DNA of 63,208 bases, counting the filler, from Collodictyon triciliatum (lineage: Eukaryota), in assembly GCA_043381765.1 (NCBI GenBank). It is 3 parts of 3 records of this genome, joined end to end, with 100 filler letters (N's around TTAATTAATTAA, not from the genome) between each part and the next. Parts side by side here need not be neighbours in the genome. Positions count along the whole stretch, not along the records: positions 17,128 to 39,216 come from JBHJMP010000664.1; 2 more parts are not named here. One strand, 5' to 3'. Under the pieces are notes generated by a model, which saw only the letters and a program-made list of their open reading frames with translations, searched no databases and was not told where the DNA came from. The position numbers were made by a program, and so were the translations under genes. Below are positions 24,338-37,077 of this stretch, in pieces; the first letter of the stretch is position 1; each line of letters opens with the position of its first letter.

Positions 24338-25925
24338 GGTGAGTTTGGTTCGAAGCTGTTTCTGTAGAAATTAAAAGAATAGGTAAAGGTTAGAGAAGGT
24401 AGAGTGAGGTGAGGTGAGGTAAAAGAAGAATATGGGGGGGCTCCATTATTCGAACCTGTGTGTGTGTGTGTGAAAATGTGTGTAGGAATGTGGCCCTGTT
24501 CTTGAAGGGCAAAGGGGCACGTATAGGCAGGTGGTTGCATGACTTACTGGACAGGAATACCCAAGGACGCGGGAGCGAGCAGTGAGATTAGGCTGGGGGA
24601 AGAGGATTTATGATTAGAAACAAGCTGCGCTAGCGGATGGGAAATTAGGACAAGAAATAAAACTAGACCAAAACACTAATGTGGAATAAGATTGCTGGGC
24701 GAAAAAGGCCATAGGGCACACCAAGCAACAAGAGACCAGGCATTAAGCTGGTGGCTGCCGGTAATATTCAATGAAATGGTCGCGCTTAGGAGAACCAATT
24801 ATGGAATATGATTTCAATTTAATGAGATGTTTCACTGCCTTTTTTGTTGAATTTATGCGAGTATTCTGTCGTCTAATATGCATATATGAAGTAGATTCGT
24901 TATTTCGGAGCTTCGCCTCAATAATCCAGGGTGCACCAAGCAATTCCGCCAAGAGCATTAAAGACGTTGGCATTAGATTATCAACGCGATTATACTTGTG
25001 GTCTACTAATTAAGTATACATATATATCATTTATTACACAATTTAGCACCATCACCATGTTCATACCATTTTATACATATAAATTAGTATAAATATATTA
25101 TATTCCAATATAGATATACAAATATGGAAGTTATTTTATTCACCCACATTCTGCCAAAGGGTACTTTACTCTTTTCCTGAAGCACAAGCATATTTTTTTC
25201 CTTTATTTGATTCAAAGTGAAGCGAGGTTATTCCATACAAAGGGGTGAGATAGGTGCGTATGGCAGAGCAAATGCTTAGCACAAGCAGATTTAAATCACG
25301 ATTCCACCCTTTGGTAGTCTCCGCATTAAGATATTCTAAAAATTATTTCCAACCGCAACACAATTGCGGTATGGGGACGGATTTTTTCGACATGATAACA
25401 AACTTCGTTACGACACACCCAGCCTGCAGATCACAATCGATCGAAACAAATCAGCCATAAAGGCCACGTCGAAAGTACAGACTTTGGAAGACAAACACAA
25501 ACAACCCTTCAGTAAGGAGTATAGCCGAGCTGAGGTCAATTTTTTCTTTTTTTCGTGTAAAGAATAAACTTAAGAAAAATGAAATCAGGCTGAATCTGAA
25601 ACTCCAATATATCTTGGAAATCACTCTTTTCACCTTTTCCCACACTTGTTATTGCTTTAACTTTGCTTTACTTGCTTCTCGGAAAGGTTTGCTTGGAAAC
25701 CCAACAACGCTTGCTCCCTTATATATCCAACTGACGGGTTATCCTTTTATTTTCTCTCTATGCTTTTATTATTAAAAAAAAGCAAATAAACTCGGAAAAG
25801 GGATTGAAAAGGCTTAGGATTCAAAACGGCCTTTGCATCCACATACAACTCAAAGCAACAGTCATTTTATATAAAGTTGCACTAATTTCTTAAATCCTCT
25901 TTCTGGGCAGACGGCCTCGGTGAAG

Positions 25926-28900
25926 ATGGCACAACAGGCAGCTTTAGACAAAATCACGTCGTTCGTCTCTGGCGAGGGAGATGGAAAATACTTCCAAACG
26001 ACGAAAAAAGGTTTCCATACGTAGCTCCTGATTTTTTATAGTCCCCTCGTCTTCCTCTATCATGAGACCTTCCCTTATTTTAAATAAAATGATATGCATA
26101 TGCTCATATTTTTCTTCTTAAGCATGAAATCATCATGTAAAGGCATTTGCAACGTTTTATTGATGTTTTTTTTTTCCCACAAGATGTTTTCCTAGCTTGT
26201 AATTTTGTAATTTTGGCGACATGATAGAATCATACCCATTGCACTAAGATGATAACCTATATTCCACCCCAAAAAAAAACCGAGGCTCATTTGTGTTAAT
26301 GTCTTTGTCATCTCAGGCGAAATACATGAGTTGAGAGAAGAACTACGTCTTCCAAACAAGGATAAGAAAAAGGAAGTTGTAAAGAAGGTTATTGCAGCCA
26401 TGACAGTTGGCAAGGACGTGAGCATGCTTTTCCCTGATGTGGTGAACTGCATGCAGACGCCCGACATAGAACTCAAGAAGCTGGTTTATCTCTACCTTAT
26501 GAATTATGCAAAGACTCAACCAGACCTTGCCATCCTTGCTGTGAATACTTTTGTCAAGGTAGCTTTACACAAGTTTGCGTTTTATTTTTTTTTGTTGATA
26601 AATACCTTAATTATATTGTATTAATTGTAGAGAAGAAAAAGAGCGCCGCATCGCGTTCATTGTATAAATATGATTACATTCCTTCATGTACCTAATACAG
26701 TGACTGATGAGTATGCCTTTTTGTTAGGATTCTCAAGACTCCAGAGCACTCGTCCGTGCGCTCGCAATTCGAACAATGGGCTGTATTCGTGTAGAGAAAA
26801 TCACAGAATATCTATGCGAGCCACTCAGAAAATGTCTCAGGGTAACCATCAAATCAATATCCACTACCCGGTCGAAAGGACTATATTATTTTAAACTCAT
26901 CGTTCATAATTTCGCTAAAAAAAATTCAACCATTTTATTCAAACCATGAAATTCATCATTTTTTCGATTCAGTAATTACTTTTTCTGTAAAGGATGATGA
27001 TCCATATGTCAGGAAAACTGCAGCAATTTGCGTCGCCAAGTTGTACGAAATCAGTCCGGTGCTTGTTGAAGACCAGGTATAGTGGCTTCATTTCTATTTT
27101 TTCTTTCATAATTAATATCTAGATTGCTTAGAGTCACCATTTGAAGAGGTCAAAAAATGGCCATGTAGCTGTTATTGGTTCTAATAAATCTACGTTAAAT
27201 ATGATTTGATAATGTAATTAAAGGGATTCGTAGATGATCTGAAGGAATTACTTTCTGATCCAAATCCTATTGTTGTGGCTAACGCTATATCCGCTCTCAT
27301 GGAAATAAGTGACACATCCGTCAAGACCACATTCACACTTAATGTCAGTATGGTCAACAAACTCCTCACAGCTATGAATGAATGCAATGAATGGGGTCAG
27401 GTCTTTATATTGGATGCATTGGCACAATACATACCAAACGACTCGCTGGAATCAGAATCCATCTGTGAGCGTGCAACACCAAGACTACAACATGCAAATC
27501 CCGCTGTTGCACTCTCCGCAGTGAAGGTTCTTTCTCTTTCATATTTATTTTTATTCGACTTTTTCTTTCTTTTTCTTGTGACTAATTAATACCTCGGAAT
27601 ATTGCTGTGATCAGTTATTTGCATTACCAATAATGCGTATTTATATTCTACCACCAACAAATTCCCATAAAGTAAATCTTTAAAGGAAGACTTATATATA
27701 TATTAAATATCAGGTCATCTTATGTCAAATGGCGTACATATCCAACACTGAGACCCTCCGTTCTCTAGTCAAGAAAATGTCTCCTCCTCTTGGTGAGTTT
27801 TTTTTTAAAAAAAAATATATGTCTCCAAAGTTGACATTGTTGTCCTTTAAGATAAATTTCCTATTTTCCAATTTTGTTATTAATATTCTTCCCATTTCCT
27901 TTGACCTCAGCATGTTGTAATTAAAATCACCATTTTTCTATGCACAACATAGTTTCTTTGATGTCTTCACCGGAGCCAGAAATCCAATATATCGCACTTA
28001 GAAACATTGACTTAATTGTCCAGAAGCGTCCGAATGCACTTTCTAATGAGATCAAAATTTTCTTTTGCAAATACAATGACCCTCTTTATGTGAAGCTAGA
28101 AAAACTTGAGCTGATAATCAAGCTTGCGTCCGATAGAAACTCGGAACAAGTACTTGCCGAACTGAAAGAGTATTTTTTTTGAACATTTATGAATAAAGAA
28201 TCAAATATAAAATATAATCAGATTTGGTGAAATATTCTGATTTCTGATAATGGACAGCGAACAATTATTTAAATATATGATAGATATGCCACTGAAGTCG
28301 ATGTTGAATTCGTTCGAAAGTCTGTTCGTGCCATAGGTCGATGTGCGATTAAACTTGAAAAGGCTACGGTGGGTATTTCAATCTCACTTCTAATTATACT
28401 AGTGTCGCGTATTTTTGTTTTGATAAACATGCACATACCAAATAATAATAATAATAATAATTTAGGAGAGGTGCATCGAAGTTTTACTGGAATTGATCCA
28501 AATGAAGGCAAATCATATCATTCAAGAGGCTATAATTGTCATTAAGGTATTTAAATAGAGAAAGCTGTCACTCGCGCCTTGATGTCTACCTTATGCATGA
28601 GTGTAATCAATCCCCGAAAGAATATTAAATATCAATTATCCTATTGAATTTTCTCAACTATACGGTTCATCTAGGACATATTCCGTAAATTTCCAAACAA
28701 ATATGAAGGCATTATCAAACACCTGTTTGATGAACTCGATGGTCTTGATGAGCCCGAAACTCGAGCAGCCATGATTTGGATTATTGGCCAATATTCTAAT
28801 CAAATCGAGAACGCACCCGACATTCTTCGCAACTTTTTGGCGACATTTAAAGAAGAAAGTCATCCGGTTGGTTGTTTTTTTTTAGCCGACATATTAGCTT

Positions 28901-31657
28901 AAGAAAAGATAGTTGTCTTTTCTTTTGGTGGGCGAAATCTTACGGTATACAATCGACATGCATCGATTCCTGCTTTCCCTAAATATCTCTTTATTTCAAA
29001 GGTGCAACACCAACTTCTGACCGCAATTGTGAAGCTGTATTTGAATCGCGGAGACATTGCTCAAGAGATGGTATATTTTTTTCCTTTATTCGATTCAACG
29101 TGTAATTTCCCCTCTCTCTACTGATTACAAAGTTTGAGTAGACTCGTTCTTGATTATATGTTTTCGATATGAATAGCTTTTATTATCTTCGTTTCTGAGG
29201 TCGAACATAACAAAATATTTATTTCTAGGTGCAAACAGTGCTGAATTTGTCCACATCTGAGAGTGATAATCCTGACTTGCGTGACCGCGGTTATATTTAT
29301 TGGCGGCTGCTTTCTATTGATCCCGAAGCTGCTCGGGTAAGATTGCTTCGTCATACGACTTAATACATCGATGATAATAATTATATCTTTAATGTCACTA
29401 ACATCCTGGCATAACCTCGCTGCACTTTGAATCGAATAAAGGGGGAAAAAATGTTACTAAGATCCATTTCTTGCTTCCTTTTCTTGCTTTTTTTTTTTGT
29501 TATGTTTTGAAGGCGGTCGTTGCCACAGAAAAACCAACAATTCGGGATGATACAAATGTTTTGGACAACTCTTTACTGGATGAGCTGATTCCACAACTCG
29601 CAACTCTCGCATCGGTCTTCCATAAGTCATCAGACACTTTCACCAACAAGGCCAAGCTCGGAGCAACATCGAAGAAGGTATAAAATTTCGTAAAATTGAT
29701 ACATTTTCTTTCTGTTTCTCTATTTAGCTCAAAGGTTCCTACTAGAAGTTACTATTTTTACAATCTTTTGTTTATTTTTTTCTAAAATAAAAACTCTGTC
29801 ATAACAGCACCCGTTAGCTCCTGCAGAGGATGACTACGATGTTGAATCCGAAGCTCCTGACATTGCCGCAGGACCAGGAGGAATTAACTTATTGGATTTG
29901 GATGACTTTATTCAGCAGGGTGTACCTCCATCCACACCCCAGAAACATGCTGTCCCAGTGGCAGCACAACCCGTGATGCAGACACAACCTAGCGGACCTG
30001 TAAGCAGTACCTCTTTCTATCGATATCCATTTTATATATAAACAAATTTATTGAATAAAAATAATAAAATAAATGCGCATTTAGGTCCGCCTTGGACATA
30101 ACACCAAGCCGTCATTTATTGATACTAATATCGGGTGTTATTCTCATCTCAATAGACTACCCACGCACCATCGAACATATCTCTCCTCGACGATTTTACA
30201 TCGATTACAACAGCGCCAGTAGTCAGTCAACAGAAAGTATTTGACTCTTTTATGTTATATTAATCGACCTCTGAGTCTTATGCAACATACTCCAATGCGT
30301 TTTAATACTTAAATTATGCAACAATCGAATCTTGGTCAAGAGAAAGGAGAAATTTTATGGTTTACGAATATAAAATTACAAGTTGGATAATTATTTCTTG
30401 GTTCTCATCAGGTTCAAGTGAAGCCAAAGACCGTTCTACTAAATGCTGAAAAAGGAAAAGGCCTCGTTCTCTCAGGCTCTTTCGTTCGTCGCAACGGACA
30501 GCCTCTCCTCGATTTCACATTTGAAAATCAATCGCCGTCTGCTTTGAGTGCGTTCGCCATCCAATTCAACAAAAACAGGTATTCTAATCTGTGAGCATGT
30601 ACCATACGTACCAATATAACACAAACCACCCACCTGCCCAGACACAGACTTTCTCTTAATCTGTTGCTTTTTTTATTTTTTTATTTTTTACCTTTTAATT
30701 CTTTCTCCTTTCTCCTTTCTCCTTTCTCCTTTTTACCTTTTACCTTTTACCTTTTACCTTTTACCTTTTACCTTTTACCTTTTACCTTTTACCTTTTACC
30801 TTTTACCTTTTACCTTTTACCTTTTACCTTTTACCTTTTACTTTTTATTCGTTCTCCTTGTAATATCCCCTTTTATTCGTTTCAAATAGACTTATTTTGT
30901 TAAAATTACAGTTTTTCCATCGGTCCCAGCGCTCCACTTAACTTGCCTGTTTTAATGCCCGGTCAAAAGACTGATATTTCACTTGCTCTGAACACCAACA
31001 ATCAAAACTCTGGTGTGAATCCTCCGTCGCCGAACATACAAATGGCCATAAAAAACAGCACCGGCATTTTATATTTCCAGCTCGCATTTCCTATCCACGT
31101 TCTTTACGCAGAAGCAGGGCGTGCAGAGAAGCAGGTCTGTTTAGATAGTTGCTTACCCTTAGATAGCAATTTACACACTAGCCATGCGAATGATTGTGCA
31201 TAAACAATATATGAGATTGAGTCATCAAAACAAAATAGAATAGAAAATAAAATAAAAGAAAAGAAAAGAAAGAGTGCTCTTTGCCCTTCACCCTAATTAT
31301 TTTTTCTACTTTCTTCCTTTAACAATCAACCAACGTTAAAAGGCTTTCTTGTCTGTTTGGCGCTCTGTCCCTGACCATGAAGAACGCTCCTCCGTGCTCA
31401 GCGGCCTGATTCTCTCCGACAGCGACCAGACCCAAAAGACCCTTGAGCGCAACAACATCTTCCTTGTCGCACAGCGCAAAAACGAAAGTGGCCAGACGGT
31501 ATTTTACCTGTCGTCCACCACCACGTTCGGAGTCAATATTCTCTTTGAATTTGTCTTTACCGCTCCAAACTCACAAGGGAAACTCTCTCTGCGCTCTACG
31601 CGTAGTGAATGGCTCGCCCTTGCAGAGTTGAGCTTTGCAGAGATTCTCCGCCCATGA
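25926..31657 (+). CDS. AP1B1/AP2B1: AP-1/AP-2 complex beta adaptin (18 exons)
   Basis: [79 protein letters not shown] hinge clathrin box LLDLD and an appendage [10 protein letters not shown] are present. Confidence 0.96.
30700..30840. repeat. Intronic heptamer repeats (TTTCTCC)n and (TTTTACC)n
   Basis: Directly visible. Confidence 0.9.
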
Positions 31658-32155
31658 ACGTACGCAACCGTCTCAAATCCATAAACCATAAAACCAAACA
31701 TTTCATGAGAATTACTTTTCTTATTAATATTTTTTTCTTCTGAAAAAAACAAGAAAAAAAGAAAAGAAGGGGAAAAAAGTAACTTCCTTCCGCCGTATAT
31801 GGTTAACTTTTACACTTTTAATGTGGGATAACCAAGGGCGGCTAAGTTTTCGTATATTCTGGATAATACTGATTATTGGCCGGTTTACTTCCACTCAAGG
31901 AAAAGGACACAACAATCTGCAACAATCTTGGAGATAGCGGGTGCTCTAACCCCACCAGAAACTCGCCATCATTGCCCATAGCACTCCAGCAAGAAACGCT
32001 TTTTCTTCTGATTTAAATATAATCAACCTCTCTTTCGCTGTGAATCAAAGCTTTGCCTAAGGCAGTCCATTCACATTTGTTTCCGTCGTTGTGATGATTA
32101 CACACGCTCTTTGCTCCCTGTCAGAAGTGTTTGCCTTTTTCGCAGCCCCTTTCAG

Positions 32156-35100
32156 GCAATCGATTACATCATTCAATGACAAGGATACCCCAAATAAATT
32201 AGATGTAATTGGAAATAGATTTCATCGTGGTACCGTACCAAATGGGTTGACAGGAACGGGTAATATCCCCTGTTTTGTCTTTGCGTTTGTCGTCCTAATA
32301 TGATCACTGCGCACGAGAACATCGTTTGATGGGCTTTGCGTCAGGAGTTTGTAACCGTCGGTCTCGCTGGGTGGGGCGCCTCTGAGTCAATATCACTGAC
32401 TTTCCTTTTTTCTGATTTTTTTATCCTATCGTTTGCTGTTTACTTCACTCACACTCCGCTTATTTTTCCTTTCCTTTTACATGTTAATATATTTTTCTCT
32501 CTCTCTCTCTGTTCTCTCTTTCTCTCTGTTTTCTTTTCTCTCTTTTCTCTCTTTTCTCTCTTTTCTTTCTCTCTCTCTCTCTCTCCCTCTCTTTTCTCTC
32601 TTTTCTCTCTTTTCTCTCTTTCTTTCTTTTCTCTCTGTTTTCTTTCTCTTTTCTTTTCTCTTTTCTCTCTTTTTCACTTTTCTCTCTCTTTTCTCTCTTT
32701 TTCACTTTTCTCTCTCTTTTTCTCTCTTCTCGCTACCAGCCTGCCGTCCAATGCAGCCGCTTATCAGCCAGTCGGAAGGAGTCGGAGGCTATGGCAGTGT
32801 CCGTGCCTTTTCTAGTCGTCCTCAATCGGCGCCCAATAGCCGTGCCTTGTCATCCCGCACGTCGTCCTATTCGGCATCGCAGGGACATATGTCTCCGTCA
32901 CAGGGCCGTCCACTTTCAGCAAAGTCTACGTAGCAGTCTCATTCCTTTATCTGCTTTATTCAATATTCAATGATTTTTCATTTTATCATTCAATTATTCA
33001 ATTATTCAATTATTCAATTATTCGTTCATTCGTTCATTCGATTTTTCTTTTAGTTCTCTTCTAAATTTATGTTCCATTTGTTTACTTTCTTAAATCCCAA
33101 GAGTTCACTGTTTTCTTGTTTTCTTGTTTTCTTGTTTTCACTGTTTTCACTGTTTTCACTGTTTTCACTGTTTTCACTGTTTTCACTGTTTTCTTGTTTG
33201 TTTGTTTGTTTGTTTGTTTGTTTGTTTGTTTGTTTGTTTGTTTGTTTGTTTGTTTGTTTGTTTGTTTGTTTGTTTGTTTGTTTTAACAGATTTGTACCCA
33301 CAAGTCAATTAACTTAACAAACATTCCTTTTTTTTTTAAAAAAAAAAAAAGGACATCTGTGCGAGACATGATTATGGGAAAGACACCAACCGGTTTGACA
33401 GGAGTGAGGGCAAGAAACCCCTCAGTCAGGATGCCACACGTCAATCTTTATCAGAATGGGAAACGCATAGATGGAAGCGGCAAGAATTATGCCCTAGCAC
33501 CAACCATGCCCCAGATATACTGTGATGCCACAAGCATATTGTCCCTTCCGTTCTCTGCAAAAGTCTTATACAACGCACAAGGAGAAAAGTTGGACACCAT
33601 CGCCGCTTTCATGGACAAAATGGATGTCGTTGTCAGCATGGGGGAGAGATTCAAATTTAAAACTTACCTTACAAAAGGTTTTTTTTTAAAAAAAAAAAGC
33701 TATGCAGAAGAAGCAAATCATCAATCAATTAACACAATTGGAAAAAATGTGTGGCTTTTGTTAAAATATTATGTAAATTTTGAAGAAAAAGAATACACGT
33801 TTAAATGCTACGTATAATTACCTTTGAAACAGATGAACGTGATGTTCTGCCAAGAATATGCAAGTATTGTCATTCGGGTTACTCCCCGGCTGAAAACGCA
33901 AAAAAGAGCTGCAAGAGACATGCCTTATCATATGTCAATCACAGATGGATGTGTTGTAATTCATCCTCTAGAGAAGCTGAAGGATGCTCGTTGGGATATC
34001 ATGCCGACACAAACGTATATTTAAAATCGCGTTGGTACCAGTATGCAAATATATTGAAATTGAAATATCCTCATCTTAATTTGAACAAAGGGATGACATC
34101 GGTAACATAAGTCCACCTTGGGTTTCTCTCTTTTCCTCTTCTAGAGATTAAAAATACTCCTTAAGGCTATTTACTAATTGATATCACAAATTTCACCAAA
34201 ATCAAGTATGACGATGATTTGAATGTGATACCTGAAAGAAGGGTTGTGACAGCCGTGCTGAATGGAATGCCTCTTAGTGCTCCCGGCTTTGCAATAATTG
34301 ATATTCCTAGCAAATTCGATATTGTGAGATTATTTTGAGTATTATGTCGCCAGATGTTAAATTTTATAGATTCCTCTCGATAACTTATTGTTTTTTTTTA
34401 AAAAAAAAAATTATAAAGGCGCTTCACTCATGACAGATTCTTAAATTCGGTTCCTTTTCTTAGCTCCTGGAAAACTGTTCACGTAAATTGAAGCTGACTC
34501 GATATGCTACTAATCTGCATTCAGAGAGAGGGGTCCCAATCAAATGTCTGGATGAAATAGAACCTGGTATGACAGTTATTGTCTCCTTTGGAGAAAACTT
34601 CCGATGGGACGTCTATCTAACAAAAGGTAGCCAGTATGGACTTTGTGAACATCGTCCTTACAAATTCATATGTTATGACATAAAGATACGATACAAATAT
34701 AACTTGTCAATACATACCAATTCAAATAGAAGAGTTGCAAACAATTTCAAGAAAATGTCGCCGGTGCCTTGCCTCCTTCACTGCCGCAACAAATCACCCA
34801 ACCGCGTGTAATTACCACCACCTCGGCTTCAGCTCGGCAATTGGGGTATCCTCAGAAGAGCATTTCATCTTTTTTTTCTCCATCTTAAATGATTTTTTAT
34901 GTCCTGCATCCATCTTTTTCATGGTTTACATTTCTGTGTATTTGCCTATTATTTCGGATTCGGGTTTATGTGAAATTGCCAGGCTCTTTTGTGACCTTTT
35001 ATTTTATTTCATTTTACTTGTATCTTTGACACATCTACTTCAAATGTAGTATTGGATTTGCTGCAGGCAAAGAAACACAGAGAAGAAGGCACCAGGATGT

Positions 35101-35163
35101 AAGGCTGGCTACCATTGGGACCCCAAATTTGATATATCAAAGCGCCCATCATCTGCCAAGTAG
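32156..35163 (+). CDS. Protein with two tandem modules of [doublecortin(DCX)-like domain + CHORD-like Cys/His zinc finger]; start not located
   Basis: Module 1 is VNLYQNG...AKVLYNAQGEKLDTI...VVVSMGERFKFKTYLTK|...CKYC-x13-CKRH...WMCC...GCSLGYH. Module 2 is VTAVLNG...ATNLHSERGVPIKCLDEI...VIVSFGENFRWDVYLTK|...CRRC-x13-CNYH...|YWICC...GCKAGYH. The stop is TAG at 35161-35163. Confidence 0.75.
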
Positions 35164-36024
35164 TATTTTCTAGGTGCACACGTTTATGACGATAAGAAAA
35201 AAGAAAAAAAGGGGTCATTCTGTGATAGAACCATCGAAAGATGAGAATCTAAAGAAGTCCTATATATATCTATGCACTCACATTTGCACTCATTTATCTA
35301 CAACATAATATAATGAAAAGAAATAAAAATTAAAAAAATATATGTCTGTTATTGCCTTGGCGCAAGTCTTTATCTTTTTGTATGCCCAGAGTTGTCAACA
35401 GCACAAAATAGGAGTCTGTCGAGCAGAAAAGGGAGCAGATTCAAATGCCTTTCAAAGTACCATACAAAATGTACAATTTAAACAAATATGGAAAATATGC
35501 TGAGGGTGGCGACCTTACATGAGAAATTTGGCTTCATCCTAACCTATCGAGCTCACAAATTCTCTTCACTCGCTCTATCGTGTCCATCCGCCAAGACACA
35601 CGGCCCCCATCCAGATAACTGAGGTAATCCTCCTCTACCCTCACACTTAACAACAGAATAGGCCATAAACCAGTCTCAAAAAGGTCTCCCACCCATGTTT
35701 CTTTTTACACATCCCCTTCCCATCACGCTCCGTGCTTCTCCCTACCATTACCGCTTCTCTGCCTCCTTGCAACAAAACGCGGACACTTTCTTTTCTCTTG
35801 TATTCTCGAGAGTTCCTTGCCGCATTGTTATCTCCGGTGGACATTGAGCCGACTCGACCCAGAATATCGTTTCTCCTCCTCCCAAACTTTGCCTACGATC
35901 AAAGAACACACGATCGCACTGTGGTCAACCTTGAAATCCCCACCTTGTCAAGCTGTTCCTCGAGAAGATATTGAAAAAACAAGCCATCTAACCCAGTTGC
36001 TACGCTTCCGTGTCTCCCACAGAA

Positions 36025-36608
36025 ATGGTCACCCCTGCCAACAAGGTCAAAATCGTCAAGAAGCGCACACTCCGCTTCAACCGCCACCACAGCGACCGCT
36101 ACAACGGTCTGAAGAAGAGCTGGCGCAAGCCCAAGGGTATTGACAATGTCGTCCGCCGCCGCTTCAAGGGAACCGTTGTCATGCCCAACATCGGTTACGG
36201 ATCCAACAAGAAGACCCGCGACCTCCTCCCCAACGGATTCTACCCCTTCCTGTGAGTCGCCTCACCCATGTCGCCTCTGCACCGCTGCCTGTCATAGATA
36301 TTCACCCATAGTTATATTCAGAGATATGCATGAATTTACAGATACACGCACACATTTAAGAGCACTCAGTAGAACCATATCCCAACGCATCCTAAACGAA
36401 TCCACCCATTCTCTTTGACTGCCTACGAAACAGCGTCCACAACCGCCGCGACCTTGAGATTCTGATGATGCACAACCGCAAGTACGCCGCTGTCTTTGCC
36501 CACTCCCTCTCCTCCAAGAAGCGTGAGACCCTCCTCAAGCGCGCTGCCCAGCTCAACGTCCACGTCGTCAACGCCCACGCCAAGCTCCGTGCTGTCGAGA
36601 CCAAATAA
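36025..36608 (+). CDS. RPL32: 60S ribosomal protein L32 (eL32); exons 36025-36251 and 36434-36608; probable 5'UTR intron ~35624-36022
   Basis: [18 protein letters not shown]...[18 protein letters not shown]...[13 protein letters not shown]...[18 protein letters not shown]. Confidence 0.98.
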
Positions 36609-37077
36609 ACTGGATGTCATATATCCCCGCAGTACACATCACAGCAACCCCTGCGAAAAGAAGCTTCAGCACGTCCTCAGATTTGAGCAGCCCTCGCTTT
36701 TACCCTCAGTCCTGTAAATTCCGCAACAGTAAACCGTTACATCCACATACGAATAGCCCTTTTGGAGCGGCCAATTAAGGCGACCTCTTGCGCGCGAATC
36801 ATAAATCCAACAATCAAAGCCGCTGTGTGATCAATGAAGGATGAAGACACTTCAAAGCAGTGCGGAAATGAGCAATCCTCTATTCGAAGGCCTGGCGGAA
36901 TCTAACCGAGCATGAATCTTTTTCTCTGAAGCCCCAGAAGCAGAAAGCTTTAGCTAAAACCACCGGAAAAAAGAAAGAAGTAAAAAGGGGGTTACGCGCA
37001 AGAAGATCCGTATTTGTAGAGGAAAAGTCATTGCAGCAGAAAAGGAGTAGCAAGCCTTACAATCGAGAAGGAAAGGA

